A stretch of DNA of 64,000 bases from Candidatus Omnitrophota bacterium (GCA_030632085.1 DAOVJY010000003.1:23809-87808); one strand, 5' to 3'; shown: positions 35,270 through 45,485, counted from the first letter of the stretch. Notes: generated by a model from the sequence alone, not told the origin. Numbers and translations: made by a program.

Positions 35270-37087
35270 ATGAAAAACTTAAATTCCATCCTAAAACGCA
35301 TTGACTCTCATGATAACGCGGTTTATTTAGAAACCAACCGGTATGATAAAGACAATAAAACAACTTTGTTATTTTTAAAACCAAAAAAAATAATCACTTG
35401 TGTTGATGGTAGGAATTTAAAACAAAAAATAGAAGAGATAGAAAAAGAAATTAGTAAAGGCGGTTACGCGGCCGGTTTTTTTAGTTATGAAGCCGGTTAT
35501 TTTTTTGAAGAAGCCCTCTCAGGAAAAAGAAAATATAAATTTCCTTTGCTATGGTTTGGAATATTTAAGAAACCCCTCATAATTAAGCGAAGTTTAAAAG
35601 AACCGCTAAGAACCCCGGAAGTGTTTTTAGAAGAAACAAGCTTCAATATAAATTTCAAAAGATATCAAGCGGATATTAAGAAAATAAAAAAGCATATAGA
35701 AAAAGGTAATGTTTATCAGATAAATTACACCTTCAAGGATAGGTTTAATTATCCGGGTAATTGGTTAGATCTTTATCTAAGTTTAAGAAATTCGCAAAAA
35801 GTATCTTACTCGGGCATAATTAAATTTAATAATCACGTTGTTCTTTCCTTTTCACCTGAGTTATTCTTTAGAAGAGCCAAGAACATTATCGAAACCCGTC
35901 CTATGAAGGGAACTTATAAGCGCGGTAAAGATATAAAAGAAGATAAGTATAATATGCTAAAGTTAAAAAATTCCACAAAGGATCGCAGTGAAAATTTGAT
36001 GATTGTAGACCTTTTAAGAAATGACTTTGGCAGGATTTCAGATGCCGGTTCTGTTAAAACACAAGAACTTTTTAAAGTTGAAAAATATAAAACCTTATTT
36101 CAGATGATTTCTATAGTGAGAGGTAAACTTAAAAAAGATATATCTCTCTATGAGCTATTTGAAAGTATTTTTCCCTGCGGCTCGGTTACCGGAGCCCCAA
36201 AAATACGTGCCATGCAGATTATCAGAAACCTCGAAAAGGAACCGAGGGGTATATATACCGGTAGTATCGGTTATTTAACGCCCGAGAAAGAAGCTGTATT
36301 TAATGTGGCTATCAGAACCCTGGTTTTAGATACCGATAAGAAAAAAGCTGAAATGGGCATTGGAAGCGGTATAGTTTATGATTCCAAGGTTAAAAATGAG
36401 TTTAAGGAATGTCTTCTAAAGGTCGATTTCACTAAAAAGGCACTCTCGGATTTTAGATTAATCGAAACCATGCTTGTCAAGAAAAATAGAAAGATATACC
36501 TTTTAGCGGCTCATTTGAAAAGGCTAAAAAAATCTTTAAATTACTTTAATTTTTGTTATAATGAAAGCGTTATTAAAAACAAGCTTCAAAAGTATCTAAA
36601 GAAACTCAATAATTCAAAAATATACAAATTAAAATTACTGATTAGCAAAGACGGTTCTTTAATAATTAGCCATAGCCCTATAAAAGAGAGCCATCATAAA
36701 GGCCTGAAAGTGGTTATTTCCGGCAAAAGAAGCAACTCCGATAATATTTTTTTATATCATAAGACTACTAATAGGAGTTTTTATGATAATGAATATAAAA
36801 AAGCCATGGAAAAAGGTTTGACGGAGGTCTTATTCTTAAATGAGAGAAGTCAAGTGGCCGAAGGAGCTATATCTAATATAATAATTAAAAAAGACAACTG
36901 TTATTATACTCCGCCAGCTAATTGCGGTCTTTTAAGTGGTGTGTACAGGCAGCAGTTAATAAATAAAAAAAATTTTCCTCTTAAAGAAAAGATTCTTTAC
37001 AAGCAAGATTTATTGAGAGCAAATAAGATTTTCATTTGTAACTCCGTAAGGGGTTTGAGAGAAGTTAAACTTATATCGGGATATTAA
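35270..37087 (+). CDS. pabB: Fused aminodeoxychorismate synthase component I / ADC lyase (PabB-PabC)
   Basis: YQINYT, SPELFF, PMKGT, ENLMIVDLLRND, GSVTGAPK; C-terminal HKTTNR, EGAISN, GLLSGV. Confidence 0.9.
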   Translation: MKNLNSILKRIDSHDNAVYLETNRYDKDNKTTLLFLKPKKIITCVDGRNLKQKIEEIEKEISKGGYAAGFFSYEAGYFFEEALSGKRKYKFPLLWFGIFKKPLIIKRSLKEPLRTPEVFLEETSFNINFKRYQADIKKIKKHIEKGNVYQINYTFKDRFNYPGNWLDLYLSLRNSQKVSYSGIIKFNNHVVLSFSPELFFRRAKNIIETRPMKGTYKRGKDIKEDKYNMLKLKNSTKDRSENLMIVDLLRNDFGRISDAGSVKTQELFKVEKYKTLFQMISIVRGKLKKDISLYELFESIFPCGSVTGAPKIRAMQIIRNLEKEPRGIYTGSIGYLTPEKEAVFNVAIRTLVLDTDKKKAEMGIGSGIVYDSKVKNEFKECLLKVDFTKKALSDFRLIETMLVKKNRKIYLLAAHLKRLKKSLNYFNFCYNESVIKNKLQKYLKKLNNSKIYKLKLLISKDGSLIISHSPIKESHHKGLKVVISGKRSNSDNIFLYHKTTNRSFYDNEYKKAMEKGLTEVLFLNERSQVAEGAISNIIIKKDNCYYTPPANCGLLSGVYRQQLINKKNFPLKEKILYKQDLLRANKIFICNSVRGLREVKLISGY

Positions 37088-38790
37088 TGACATATCAGGC
37101 TTTTGCCCTAAAATGGAGGCCAAAAACCTTTAGCGAGGTTGTAGGCCAGGATCATATTACCACTACCCTGGAAAATGCCTTGAAAGCAGACAGGATAGCT
37201 CACGCTTATCTTTTTTCGGGCTCCAGAGGCACAGGTAAAACATCTACAGCCAGGATACTGGCTAAATCTCTTAATTGCTTAAAATCTCCGGGGTCCAAAC
37301 CCTGCAATAAATGCCAGAACTGTTTTGAAATAGATAAATCCAATAGCCTGGATGTTCTTGAAATTGATGGTGCCTCAAGGACGAAAGTTGAAGACATGAG
37401 GTCACTTCTTGAGAATGTTAAGCTTTCCCCTTCAAACAGTAAATATAAAATCTATATTATAGATGAAGTGCACATGCTTTCAACCTCTTCTTTTAACGCG
37501 CTTTTAAAAACATTAGAAGAGCCACCCGCGCATGTTAAGTTTATCTTTGCCACCACTCAACCGAGCAAGATTTTAGCCACGGTAATTTCAAGATGCCAGC
37601 GATTTGATTTTAGGCGCATTACTACTAAAGAAATAGCCAATAAATTAAAAGACATAGCTAAAAAAGAGAAAATAAAAATTAATGATGAAGCGGTTTTTGC
37701 CATTGCCAGATCGGTTAATGGGGGCTTGAGGGACGCGGAGTCATTGCTGGATCAGATTTCGTCATATACAGACAAAGAAATAGCTGTTGATGACGTAAAT
37801 AATATTTTAGGGGCGGCAGGCAAAGAAGTAATTTTTAACCTCACCGATTGCATCATCAAAAAAGATACCCAGAAGGCTATTTCAATAATAAATGAGCTTA
37901 TTGTAAAAGGCGGAGAGATAGCCGTTTTTCTTAATGAATTTATCTCCCACACGCGGGATATGCTTATTGCCAGGGAAATAGACAGTTGTAAAGATTTAAT
38001 TGATGCTGCCGATGAAAGCATTAAAAAGATAAAGGAGCAGACGCAATCATTCACCCTAGAGGAATTACTTTATATTTATAGTCTGCTTTCCAGAGCCCGG
38101 TATGATATTCAAAGGGCGCCCTTAAGCCGCATTCCGGTGGAGATGCTTTTTATTAAATTGACAGGTGACTTTGAAAAAGTCAATGTTCGAGAATTGTTAT
38201 CTAAAATTGATGATATTGAAGATAAAATAGATTCAAACGACAGTCAACCTCTGATACAGGAAAAAATACCGCTAAAACCTGAAAAAAAAATCATTATAAA
38301 AGAAGAGAAAGCGGATGAAAAAGAAATGCCGGAAGATATCTATGATGAGTCTGAGATGGCTGCCTTCGATTCCGGCTTTAATCGGAATGACTTTAAGTCT
38401 ACCTGGGATAAAGCTTGCCAGGTTATAAAAAGAGTTAAAACATCCATAGGGCTTTATATATCTGAAGGTGAAGCGGTAAATTTTGACGGTAAAGTTATAA
38501 CTATCGGTTTTTATCCGGGATTTGCTTTTCATAGGGAAAACTTGGAAGATAAGGCTAATAAAAAATTGGTTGAAGATACCTTCTCAGAGTTGCTTGGCAA
38601 AAAAACAACAATAAAGTTAGTTGATATTACCACAAGGAAAAAAGAAGTTGCCCGAAAGGCTAAAAAGGCGGAATCTAAAGCGGAAGCGCCGGAAGAAAAA
38701 GCGAATGTAAATAATCCCATAATTTCTTCCGCTCAGAAGTTATTTGACGGGTTGTTTGTAAAAAAAGAGAATAAAGGATATTCTTCATAA
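37087..38790 (+). CDS. dnaX: DNA polymerase III gamma/tau
   Basis: KWRPKTF, GSRGTGKT, IIDEVHML, SRCQRF. Confidence 0.97.
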   Translation: MTYQAFALKWRPKTFSEVVGQDHITTTLENALKADRIAHAYLFSGSRGTGKTSTARILAKSLNCLKSPGSKPCNKCQNCFEIDKSNSLDVLEIDGASRTKVEDMRSLLENVKLSPSNSKYKIYIIDEVHMLSTSSFNALLKTLEEPPAHVKFIFATTQPSKILATVISRCQRFDFRRITTKEIANKLKDIAKKEKIKINDEAVFAIARSVNGGLRDAESLLDQISSYTDKEIAVDDVNNILGAAGKEVIFNLTDCIIKKDTQKAISIINELIVKGGEIAVFLNEFISHTRDMLIAREIDSCKDLIDAADESIKKIKEQTQSFTLEELLYIYSLLSRARYDIQRAPLSRIPVEMLFIKLTGDFEKVNVRELLSKIDDIEDKIDSNDSQPLIQEKIPLKPEKKIIIKEEKADEKEMPEDIYDESEMAAFDSGFNRNDFKSTWDKACQVIKRVKTSIGLYISEGEAVNFDGKVITIGFYPGFAFHRENLEDKANKKLVEDTFSELLGKKTTIKLVDITTRKKEVARKAKKAESKAEAPEEKANVNNPIISSAQKLFDGLFVKKENKGYSS

Positions 38791-38799
38791 GGGATTTTT

Positions 38800-39402
38800 A
38801 TGTCGGCATATACAAAATCCATAGAAAAGCTTATCAAAGAACTTTCCCGGCTTCCGGGAATAGGCCCTCGTTCGGCAGAAAGAATTACTTTTGCTATTCT
38901 TAATGACAAAAAGGTTGATGCCTTGGGTTTGTCTGAAGCTATCAGTGACGTAAAAAATAAAACCGTACATTGTAAAATTTGTTTCGCGTTATCAGAAGGA
39001 GATATCTGTAATATCTGCGATAATGAACAAAGAGATAAAAGTATTATCTGTGTAGTAGAAAAATCAGCTGATATTTTTGCTATTGAAAGAAGCCATGAAT
39101 ATAAAGGGCTTTATCATGTTTTAGGAGGTAAATTAGCTCCTCTGGAGGGCATAGGGCCAGATCAGATTAAGGTAAAAGAATTAATAGAAAGGCTTAATAA
39201 GGGAAAAACAGAGGAGGTGATACTAGCTTTAAGTTCTGATACAGAAGGGGAAATAACGGCATTGTTTATATCCAGATTGCTTTCAAAAAAGAAAGTAAAA
39301 GTAACAAGATTGGCTCAAGGTTTGCCTGTGGGAGGCGATATAGAGTTCGTTGATGAGATAACTTTAGGCAGAGCTCTTGAGAATCGAAGAGAAATAACTT
39401 AA
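38800..39402 (+). CDS. recR: Recombination protein RecR
   Basis: LPGIGPRSAER, C4 Zn finger, YHVLGG. Confidence 0.97.
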   Translation: MSAYTKSIEKLIKELSRLPGIGPRSAERITFAILNDKKVDALGLSEAISDVKNKTVHCKICFALSEGDICNICDNEQRDKSIICVVEKSADIFAIERSHEYKGLYHVLGGKLAPLEGIGPDQIKVKELIERLNKGKTEEVILALSSDTEGEITALFISRLLSKKKVKVTRLAQGLPVGGDIEFVDEITLGRALENRREIT

Positions 39403-39456
39403 ATATTGACAGAAATAATCTAAGTTGGTATAATTTTAACCCTAATTGGAAAAGCC

Positions 39457-39675
39457 ATGGAAATCGAAGTTTACAAGAGTAATGACAATATGTATGTCGC
39501 GGCCTGCCCCGAGTTAGAGCTCTTTTCTAAGGGCAGAACGGAAGAAGAGGCTATAAGAAGATTAGAAGATTCAATAAGTAGGCATTTATTAGCTCAGGAA
39601 AAAAGGGCTAAAGCTCAGGACGACATAAAGGATACGGCAAACTTCTATAGCTTGCACCATCCTCAAATACATTAA
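39457..39675 (+). CDS. HicB-like / UPF0150 small protein
   Basis: YVAACPEL...G.T.EEAI. Confidence 0.7.
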   Translation: MEIEVYKSNDNMYVAACPELELFSKGRTEEEAIRRLEDSISRHLLAQEKRAKAQDDIKDTANFYSLHHPQIH

Positions 39676-39754
39676 AAAATTCCTCGGCCACGCTCGTCAT
39701 CGCAAGTATGAAGCTTGCTCAGGCGTTGCGGGCGAGTGGCGTGTACTTGAAAAC

Positions 39755-39830
39755 ATGTTTTATACTTATGTACTTAAAAGTGACAAAGATAATAAATTAT
39801 ATATAGGATTTACTACTGATATAATTAAAT
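39755..39830 (+). pseudogene. N-terminal fragment of a GIY-YIG nuclease
   Basis: MFYTYVLKSDKDNKLYIGFTTD, running directly into the tRNA. Confidence 0.75.
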
Positions 39831-39906
39831 TCCTCGGTGGCTCAGTTGGTAGAGCGGGTGACTGTTAATCACTAGGTCGTAGGTTCGAGTCCTACCCGGG
39901 GAGCCA
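39831..39906 (+). tRNA. tRNA-Asn(GTT)
   Basis: TCCTCGG / CCGGGGA acceptor stem, GTT anticodon, GGTTCGAGTCC, CCA. Confidence 0.97.
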
Positions 39907-40317
39907 ACATACCCCAATGTTGATAACACAACATTGTTTATGATAGAACAACCTGAAAAAGGAGGTGATGTGTAATGAATAAGATAATATCTTGGATATT
40001 ATCTAAGATTACACCGCAACTCCAGCCTCCTCGATTTAAAACCCGGCCAAGTAAATAAAACTCTATTTACCGTCGGATACTTTTAAATAAGGAATTCTTA
40101 GGGTTGTTTTGAAGGATGTTTTGCTTTGGAAGAGTTAATGCTCTAAGCCGAAGTTCTGTTTTATTATTGAATTTCATAGAGGATAAAAGGCACAATAAAG
40201 TGGAGGTAGCAGATACCTTTAATGGAGCTTTCGTTGAAGCCTGCTACTAAAACATCCCAAGTTTAAATGTAAGCAACTTCATGCCATAACGCAAAACGGA
40301 GACATAACTCTTATTTC

Positions 40318-41118
40318 TTGTACATTTATATGAAAAAAGCACCTATAAAAAAATCCATTAAATTCGATTTGATAAATAATGCCAGAAGCTCCTTAAATCA
40401 TGCTGTTGCCCATCTTACTAACTTAGATGGAACAAAAGAAGATGATCTTAAGTTTGCAATTCGGGATGTTGCACATGTTGTTGAGCTTTTGCTTAAAGAA
40501 TGCTTGAGACGTATTCATCCAGCTTTTATCTGGCAAAATGTCGATAAATATCCCTCAGAAGCTCATACCGTGCACACAAATACGGCGGTTAGAAGACTCT
40601 TAAAAATAGGCGGCATCAATTTAGATGAAGAAGATCAACAAACAATAGATGCCTGTAGAAAATTTAGGAATAAGGTTGAACATTATGAATTTGAATTAAA
40701 TACCAAAGAAACAGAAGTTATTATAGGAAGGATGTTATCTTTTATATTTAATTTCTCGAATAAGCATTTAGGACTTAATTTAGAAAAAGAATTTCGTAGT
40801 GATGATACATGGAAAGCACTTATTGAGATGTATGAATTTTGGGAAGCGCATCATGTTGGAGTTGAGAAACAGCTAGAAAATGAAGGGAAGCATGTTGTTG
40901 AATGCCCTTCATGTGGGGCAATAACATTTGATCTTGAAGTAGGAGAATGCGCCTTGTGTGACCATACAGAGACAATGGTCAAATGTGATATTTGTGATGA
41001 AAAAGTGCTGGATTCAGAAATTGAAGCATGTGGAGATGCTGATATGGGCGATGAAGTTCTTGTTTGCAAAAGCTGTATAGAGGCTCAGGCAGAAGCTTAT
41101 TATGGAGAAGGATATTGA
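40318..41118 (+). CDS. HEPN-like protein with C-terminal Zn ribbons
   Basis: VELLLKE, RNKVEH (RxxxxH), four CxxC pairs. Confidence 0.65.
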   Translation: MYIYMKKAPIKKSIKFDLINNARSSLNHAVAHLTNLDGTKEDDLKFAIRDVAHVVELLLKECLRRIHPAFIWQNVDKYPSEAHTVHTNTAVRRLLKIGGINLDEEDQQTIDACRKFRNKVEHYEFELNTKETEVIIGRMLSFIFNFSNKHLGLNLEKEFRSDDTWKALIEMYEFWEAHHVGVEKQLENEGKHVVECPSCGAITFDLEVGECALCDHTETMVKCDICDEKVLDSEIEACGDADMGDEVLVCKSCIEAQAEAYYGEGY

Positions 41119-41239
41119 TAATGGGTTTATGTGAAAATGGATAAAACAAAGCTTAAAACAATAAAATCCCTCACTGCCCAATTTGAACAATTCCTCAAAG
41201 CCTGCAAAGGCGAAGGCGACACTACCATAAATGATGTCC

Positions 41240-42787
41240 TTAAGCGTCTTGAAGATCTAAAAAAGGAAACTTAACTCCAGGCGTATAATACACAATTTCA
41301 ATTTCTTCTTCTTTTATTATAATCTTCTCAATAAACTTCTTCAAAAACTCTCGTTTTTCTTGAATATTATTGCCTATAAAAGTTACTTCCATTTCTTTTC
41401 TAAAATTATCTATCATTGTTCTTGAGATGTGTATTGGCCGATGCCGGCTATTTAAATTCTCATAATACGCTATTTCTTCTTGAAGAGAATCTTTTTGACT
41501 TTTTAATTCTTTTAACCTCGGAGCAACAAGGGCTACATCAATAATCCCACTTTCAATAGCTTCATACTGTCTCATAACACGATTATGCAAATCGCTAGCT
41601 TTTTTCTTAAGGTCTGTTATTTTCATCCAATAGTCAGTTCTTAAAGATTTAGCAGCTTGGTTTATATCATCAACCAAATTTTTCATATTCTCATCTGAAA
41701 AAAGAAGATCTTTTACTCTTTCAATTATTTCGTTATCAAGTTCATCCGCACGCACTCTATAACCGGAACAAACATCTTTACCCTTTTTAGAATAAGTTAT
41801 ACAGTTGTAATAGGCATATTTTTTATCTCTGCCATAGCCGGTCACGCCATAAGTAGCATTACATTTACCGCATCTCATTAGACCGGATAGAAGATAAGAG
41901 CTTGAAGTCACTCTTGCTGGTTGATTTTTAGGTTGCCTTTTTTCAATAAGTCTTTGTACTTTGTTGAATAAATCTTCGCTTATAATAGCCTCGTGAGTAT
42001 TTTTAATAATAATCCACTGGTCTTTTGGCTTAAATTGCTTGCCGTAAGTTTTTTTATCCCTTTTATTAAATACTGTCCAGCCGATGTGCGATTCATTCCT
42101 CAATACATTTGCCACAGTGGATTTGCTCCAATTGCCGCCTGATCGTGGTTTATGATCATGGGTATTAAGATAAGTAACAATATTCTTAAGTCCATTGCCT
42201 TTGACGTATAATTCAAAGATAAGTTTAACTATTGCTGCTTCAGATTCATTGATTTCGTATTTTGTTCTTTGATTTTTATTTTCATCATAAATATGCACAT
42301 TTTTATAGCCGAAAGCTGCATATCCGCCATTTCGGTAGCCTTTCCTGGTATTTTCAATTAATCCTCTCAAAGTCTCTTGCCCTAAGACAGCGCTGTAAAA
42401 TTCATCAATAACCTCAATCATTCCTTCCATTAATTGTCCTTGAGGTGTATTATCTATTGGCTCTGATATTGAAATAACTTCGACTCCGCGCTTTTTTAAC
42501 ATAGCTTTATAGATGATGCTATCTTGCCTATTTCTTGCAAATCTGGATAATTTCCAAACTAAAATAGCTTGAAACGTTGGAAACTTTTTCTTAGTTTCTG
42601 CTATCATTTTTAAAAAAGCCGGCCTGTCAGTTGATAGAGCGCTTTCAGCTTCATCTATATATTCTTTATAGACTGCCATGTTATGCTTTAAGGCATATTC
42701 ATGAAGAAGTCTTAGTTGAGATGGTATGCTATTATTCTTATCAGCTTGTTGGTTACTTGATACGCGAGCATATAAAGCTACTTTCAT
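41240..42787 (-). CDS. Large serine recombinase
   Basis: YARVSS, SRFARN, recombinase domain, LLSGLMRCGKC Zn ribbon, coiled coil. Confidence 0.95.
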   Translation of the reverse strand: MKVALYARVSSNQQADKNNSIPSQLRLLHEYALKHNMAVYKEYIDEAESALSTDRPAFLKMIAETKKKFPTFQAILVWKLSRFARNRQDSIIYKAMLKKRGVEVISISEPIDNTPQGQLMEGMIEVIDEFYSAVLGQETLRGLIENTRKGYRNGGYAAFGYKNVHIYDENKNQRTKYEINESEAAIVKLIFELYVKGNGLKNIVTYLNTHDHKPRSGGNWSKSTVANVLRNESHIGWTVFNKRDKKTYGKQFKPKDQWIIIKNTHEAIISEDLFNKVQRLIEKRQPKNQPARVTSSSYLLSGLMRCGKCNATYGVTGYGRDKKYAYYNCITYSKKGKDVCSGYRVRADELDNEIIERVKDLLFSDENMKNLVDDINQAAKSLRTDYWMKITDLKKKASDLHNRVMRQYEAIESGIIDVALVAPRLKELKSQKDSLQEEIAYYENLNSRHRPIHISRTMIDNFRKEMEVTFIGNNIQEKREFLKKFIEKIIIKEEEIEIVYYTPGVKFPFLDLQDA

Positions 42788-42952
42788 TTTGCTACCACCT
42801 CCAATTCTTTTTGTTCAATGACGATATAATTATCTGTGTATATGGCTTGATTTTTAGCCTTGTTTGCGAAAAAATGAGCTAACTCTTTTACTTTAGATTT
42901 ATACCACTGCTCAACAGAGGGGTTATTATTTTTACTTATAGTCTCTGCAATC

Positions 42953-43153
42953 TTAACGTTCATTTTTCACCTCCAGGTCAATTGTGTTATAAATTCTTAT
43001 ATGGATATTGCAGGTTAGGTTATATTCTTTACTTAAAAGCCTAACTATTCTGCACATCCTTAATGCCATAGGCAAAATAAAGGGAAGAGAGGTACGCATC
43101 TTTTGCCGGTCCAAAATATTTATTCTCTCTTTGACAAGCGAAATATGTATCAT
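42953..43153 (-). CDS. Small hypothetical protein
   Basis: AAAGGAGG RBS; lies upstream of the recombinase in the same orientation. Confidence 0.45.
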   Translation of the reverse strand: MIHISLVKERINILDRQKMRTSLPFILPMALRMCRIVRLLSKEYNLTCNIHIRIYNTIDLEVKNER

Positions 43154-43174
43154 GACAGGCCTCCTTTCGGTTAT

Positions 43175-43472
43175 TTACTTTAAACTTTTAAAGTAAAAGG
43201 ATAAAAAATATATGGTTACTTTAAAGTTTTCAAGTAAATGTTTAAAAAAATATTACTTTTCATATCTTTTAATATATTCGTCTACACTTTCCTGTGAAAA
43301 AAACTTATATTTTCCTGCAACAGACTCCGGCTTTATCCGGCCTTCTTTTATGAGCCAGTGTATACCCTGGGGTGTCTTGTTTAACATCTTTGCAACCTCT
43401 TTAACGGTTAATAATTTTTTCTCTTCCATACAACTATAATGGTAGCATATTACTTTAAAGTTGTCAAGTAAA
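43175..43472 (-). promoter_or_regulatory. Three 23-bp operator/promoter repeats flanking HTH gene
   Basis: Minus strand TTTACTTGACAACTTTAAAGTAA (43450-43472), TTTACTTGAAAACTTTAAAGTAA (43216-43238), TTTACTTTAAAAGTTTAAAGTAA (43175-43197). Confidence 0.8.
43253..43429 (-). CDS. Excisionase/MerR-like HTH (58 aa, not in ORF track)
   Basis: LLTVKEVAKMLNKTPQGIHWLIKEGRIKP. Confidence 0.8.
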   Translation of the reverse strand: MEEKKLLTVKEVAKMLNKTPQGIHWLIKEGRIKPESVAGKYKFFSQESVDEYIKRYEK

Positions 43473-43806
43473 ATTTTTTATATTTTTATTTATTTGGTAA
43501 ATATTTGACAAACGCGCCAATAAGTTGTAGGATGTGACCAATACCTCTAAGGAGGTGGTGCTTTATTTCAAAGTTTTTGTCAAAGGGCCCAGGTCTCACT
43601 ATAGTCACATAGCTCACTGGAATGAAAATTGAATTGGTTTAGGAGTTGGGGCCCATCAAAAAGCCAGACCCATTAAATTATAGGACGTGGGCTATGACAT
43701 GTCCTATTCTTCTTGACACCTTTCTTGAAAATCAAATATATCACAATCAAGAGGATACAATACCTAAGTAATTGACAAAACACGACTACTTTGCTAAAAT
43801 TAATCC

Positions 43807-44106
43807 ATGCCAAGAATAGCAAGAGCAGTAGTGTTAAATTACCCTCACCACATAATCTAAAGAGGTAATAGAAGGCAAGAGGTATTTTTCGAAGAAAGTG
43901 ATTATAAAAAGTATTTATACTTGATTAAAGATAATTCTGCATGCTTTAAATTAAAAGTATTATCTTATTGTCTAATGTTTGATCACATGCACTTAATAGT
44001 TATTTCTCAAGAGAAGGATAGTTTTGCCCAGGGCATTGGAGAAACTCACCGCAGTTACACCAGATATATGGTATTAAATCCAGTTGAAGCAAAAATCGCA
44101 AAGTAA
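43807..44106 (+). pseudogene. REP-associated tyrosine transposase (RAYT/Y1) pseudogene
   Basis: MPRIAR...PHHII*RGNRRQEVF with in-frame TAA; YCLMFDHMHL; truncated. Confidence 0.85.
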
Positions 44107-44231
44107 GCTAAGGAAAGGACTATGAATGGTTAAAAAAGCGGAAGAGGGCAGGCAAAAAAGCGAATGTTTTGCTTAAGCCTAGTTTAATTTTATTTGACTT
44201 TATTATATTAACCAAGTATAATTAAGAGGAA

Positions 44232-44357
44232 ATGAAGCAGTTTGAATCAAGCTTATTATTGGTATATAGTAGTGAGGTAATTTTAGGGTTATTATTATCG
44301 TTGCTGTTTTATTTTATTCCATTGGTTTTTGCTATGTTACATAAAGTTAGAAATTAA
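44232..44357 (+). CDS. Small hydrophobic ORF (41 aa, not in ORF track)
   Basis: GAGGA RBS; VILGLLLSLLFYFIPLVFAMLHKVRN; stop 1 nt before next ATG. Confidence 0.45.
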   Translation: MKQFESSLLLVYSSEVILGLLLSLLFYFIPLVFAMLHKVRN

Positions 44358-44358
44358 T

Positions 44359-44568
44359 ATGCCTACTCAAGAAAATAATAAAAGAGAAAATTTTTTAAAA
44401 GCTTACGCAAATCTTCCATTAAATACACGAAAAGAAGTCATTCTCATTTTAGATTTAGGAGAAAAAAAACAACCTATTACTTGGGAAGTTGCTTATCTTG
44501 AAATAAGAAATAATACGCAGGAGAGTAAAAGAATTTTAGAAAAATTAGAAAAATTAGGATTAATTTAA
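44359..44568 (+). CDS. Small hypothetical protein
   Basis: ATG at 44359; FLKAYANLP...PITWEVAYLEI; TAATG overlap with next gene. Confidence 0.75.
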   Translation: MPTQENNKRENFLKAYANLPLNTRKEVILILDLGEKKQPITWEVAYLEIRNNTQESKRILEKLEKLGLI

Positions 44569-44825
44569 TGGCAAGGGAAGAAGAATTAAAAAAATCAGGA
44601 AAAATTTCAGAAGATCTCAAAAATTTAGTAATTTATAGGCTTGACACTCTACCTTCGGATAAAAAAATTTCTATTGGTTCATCTGGCGAGTTTTCTAAAT
44701 CCGAATTAATTGAGCATGTAAAAAGAGGGGATGGTATTGGGCAACAAATCGCCGATATTGAAATAACCTTTTTAAGAGCTTTAAAGGATGGGACTTTGTT
44801 GGAAGATATGATCCGATTAGATTGA
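44568..44825 (+). CDS. Small hypothetical protein
   Basis: LVIYRLDTLP...FSKSELIEHV; translationally coupled. Confidence 0.75.
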   Translation: MAREEELKKSGKISEDLKNLVIYRLDTLPSDKKISIGSSGEFSKSELIEHVKRGDGIGQQIADIEITFLRALKDGTLLEDMIRLD

Positions 44826-44837
44826 TGGCAGAATTAT

Positions 44838-45485
44838 ATGGCAAAAACACTACTAATTACAAGACCAGAGCATGATTGTGCAACTATCTATCTTTCCAAA
44901 TGGAGCAAAGAAATAATACAAAAAGCAAAAAAGAAAGGGCTTTGCGTTATAGATCTTCACCGTGATAAGGCAAATAGAGATAGAGTTGTTGGAACTTTAG
45001 AAAAAACAAATCCTAAATTAGTCGTTTTAAATGGTCATGGAAGTGAAAATTCTGTTAAGGGCCACAAGGATGAGGTTATTTTGAAGATCGATGATAAGAA
45101 AGCCATTAAAGATAAAATTATCTATGCACGTTCTTGTAAGTCTGCAAAAAAATTAGGACAAAAAATCATTACTAATGGAGCAAGGGCTTATCTGGGATAT
45201 ACTGAAGATTTTATCTTTACATATAGCGTAAACAAAACATCTAAACCCCTAGAAGATAAAGAGGCAGCTTTGTTTTTAGAACCCTCAAATCGCATTCCTC
45301 TCTCTTTGCTAAAGAATCATACCGCAGGGGAAGCTAACGAACAGTCAAAGGGATTGTTTAAGAAAAATATTGAAAAGCTGTTAGTCGAAGGCCCTTCTTC
45401 CGAGCATTATAGTGCTATTAGTTATTTATACTGGGATATGATTAATCAAGTTTGCCTAGGAGACAAAGAAGCGGTTCTTGCATAA
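44838..45485 (+). CDS. Putative caspase-fold (clan CD) cysteine protease
   Basis: Hydrophobic strand-NGHG and hydrophobic strand-ARSC dyad, then GARAYLGY. Confidence 0.65.
   Translation: MAKTLLITRPEHDCATIYLSKWSKEIIQKAKKKGLCVIDLHRDKANRDRVVGTLEKTNPKLVVLNGHGSENSVKGHKDEVILKIDDKKAIKDKIIYARSCKSAKKLGQKIITNGARAYLGYTEDFIFTYSVNKTSKPLEDKEAALFLEPSNRIPLSLLKNHTAGEANEQSKGLFKKNIEKLLVEGPSSEHYSAISYLYWDMINQVCLGDKEAVLA

Noticed and set aside
44232-44357. Superinfection immunity (Imm) protein
   Set aside because: FYFIPLVFAML resembles only the first helix; the conserved N-x3-GW second half is absent.
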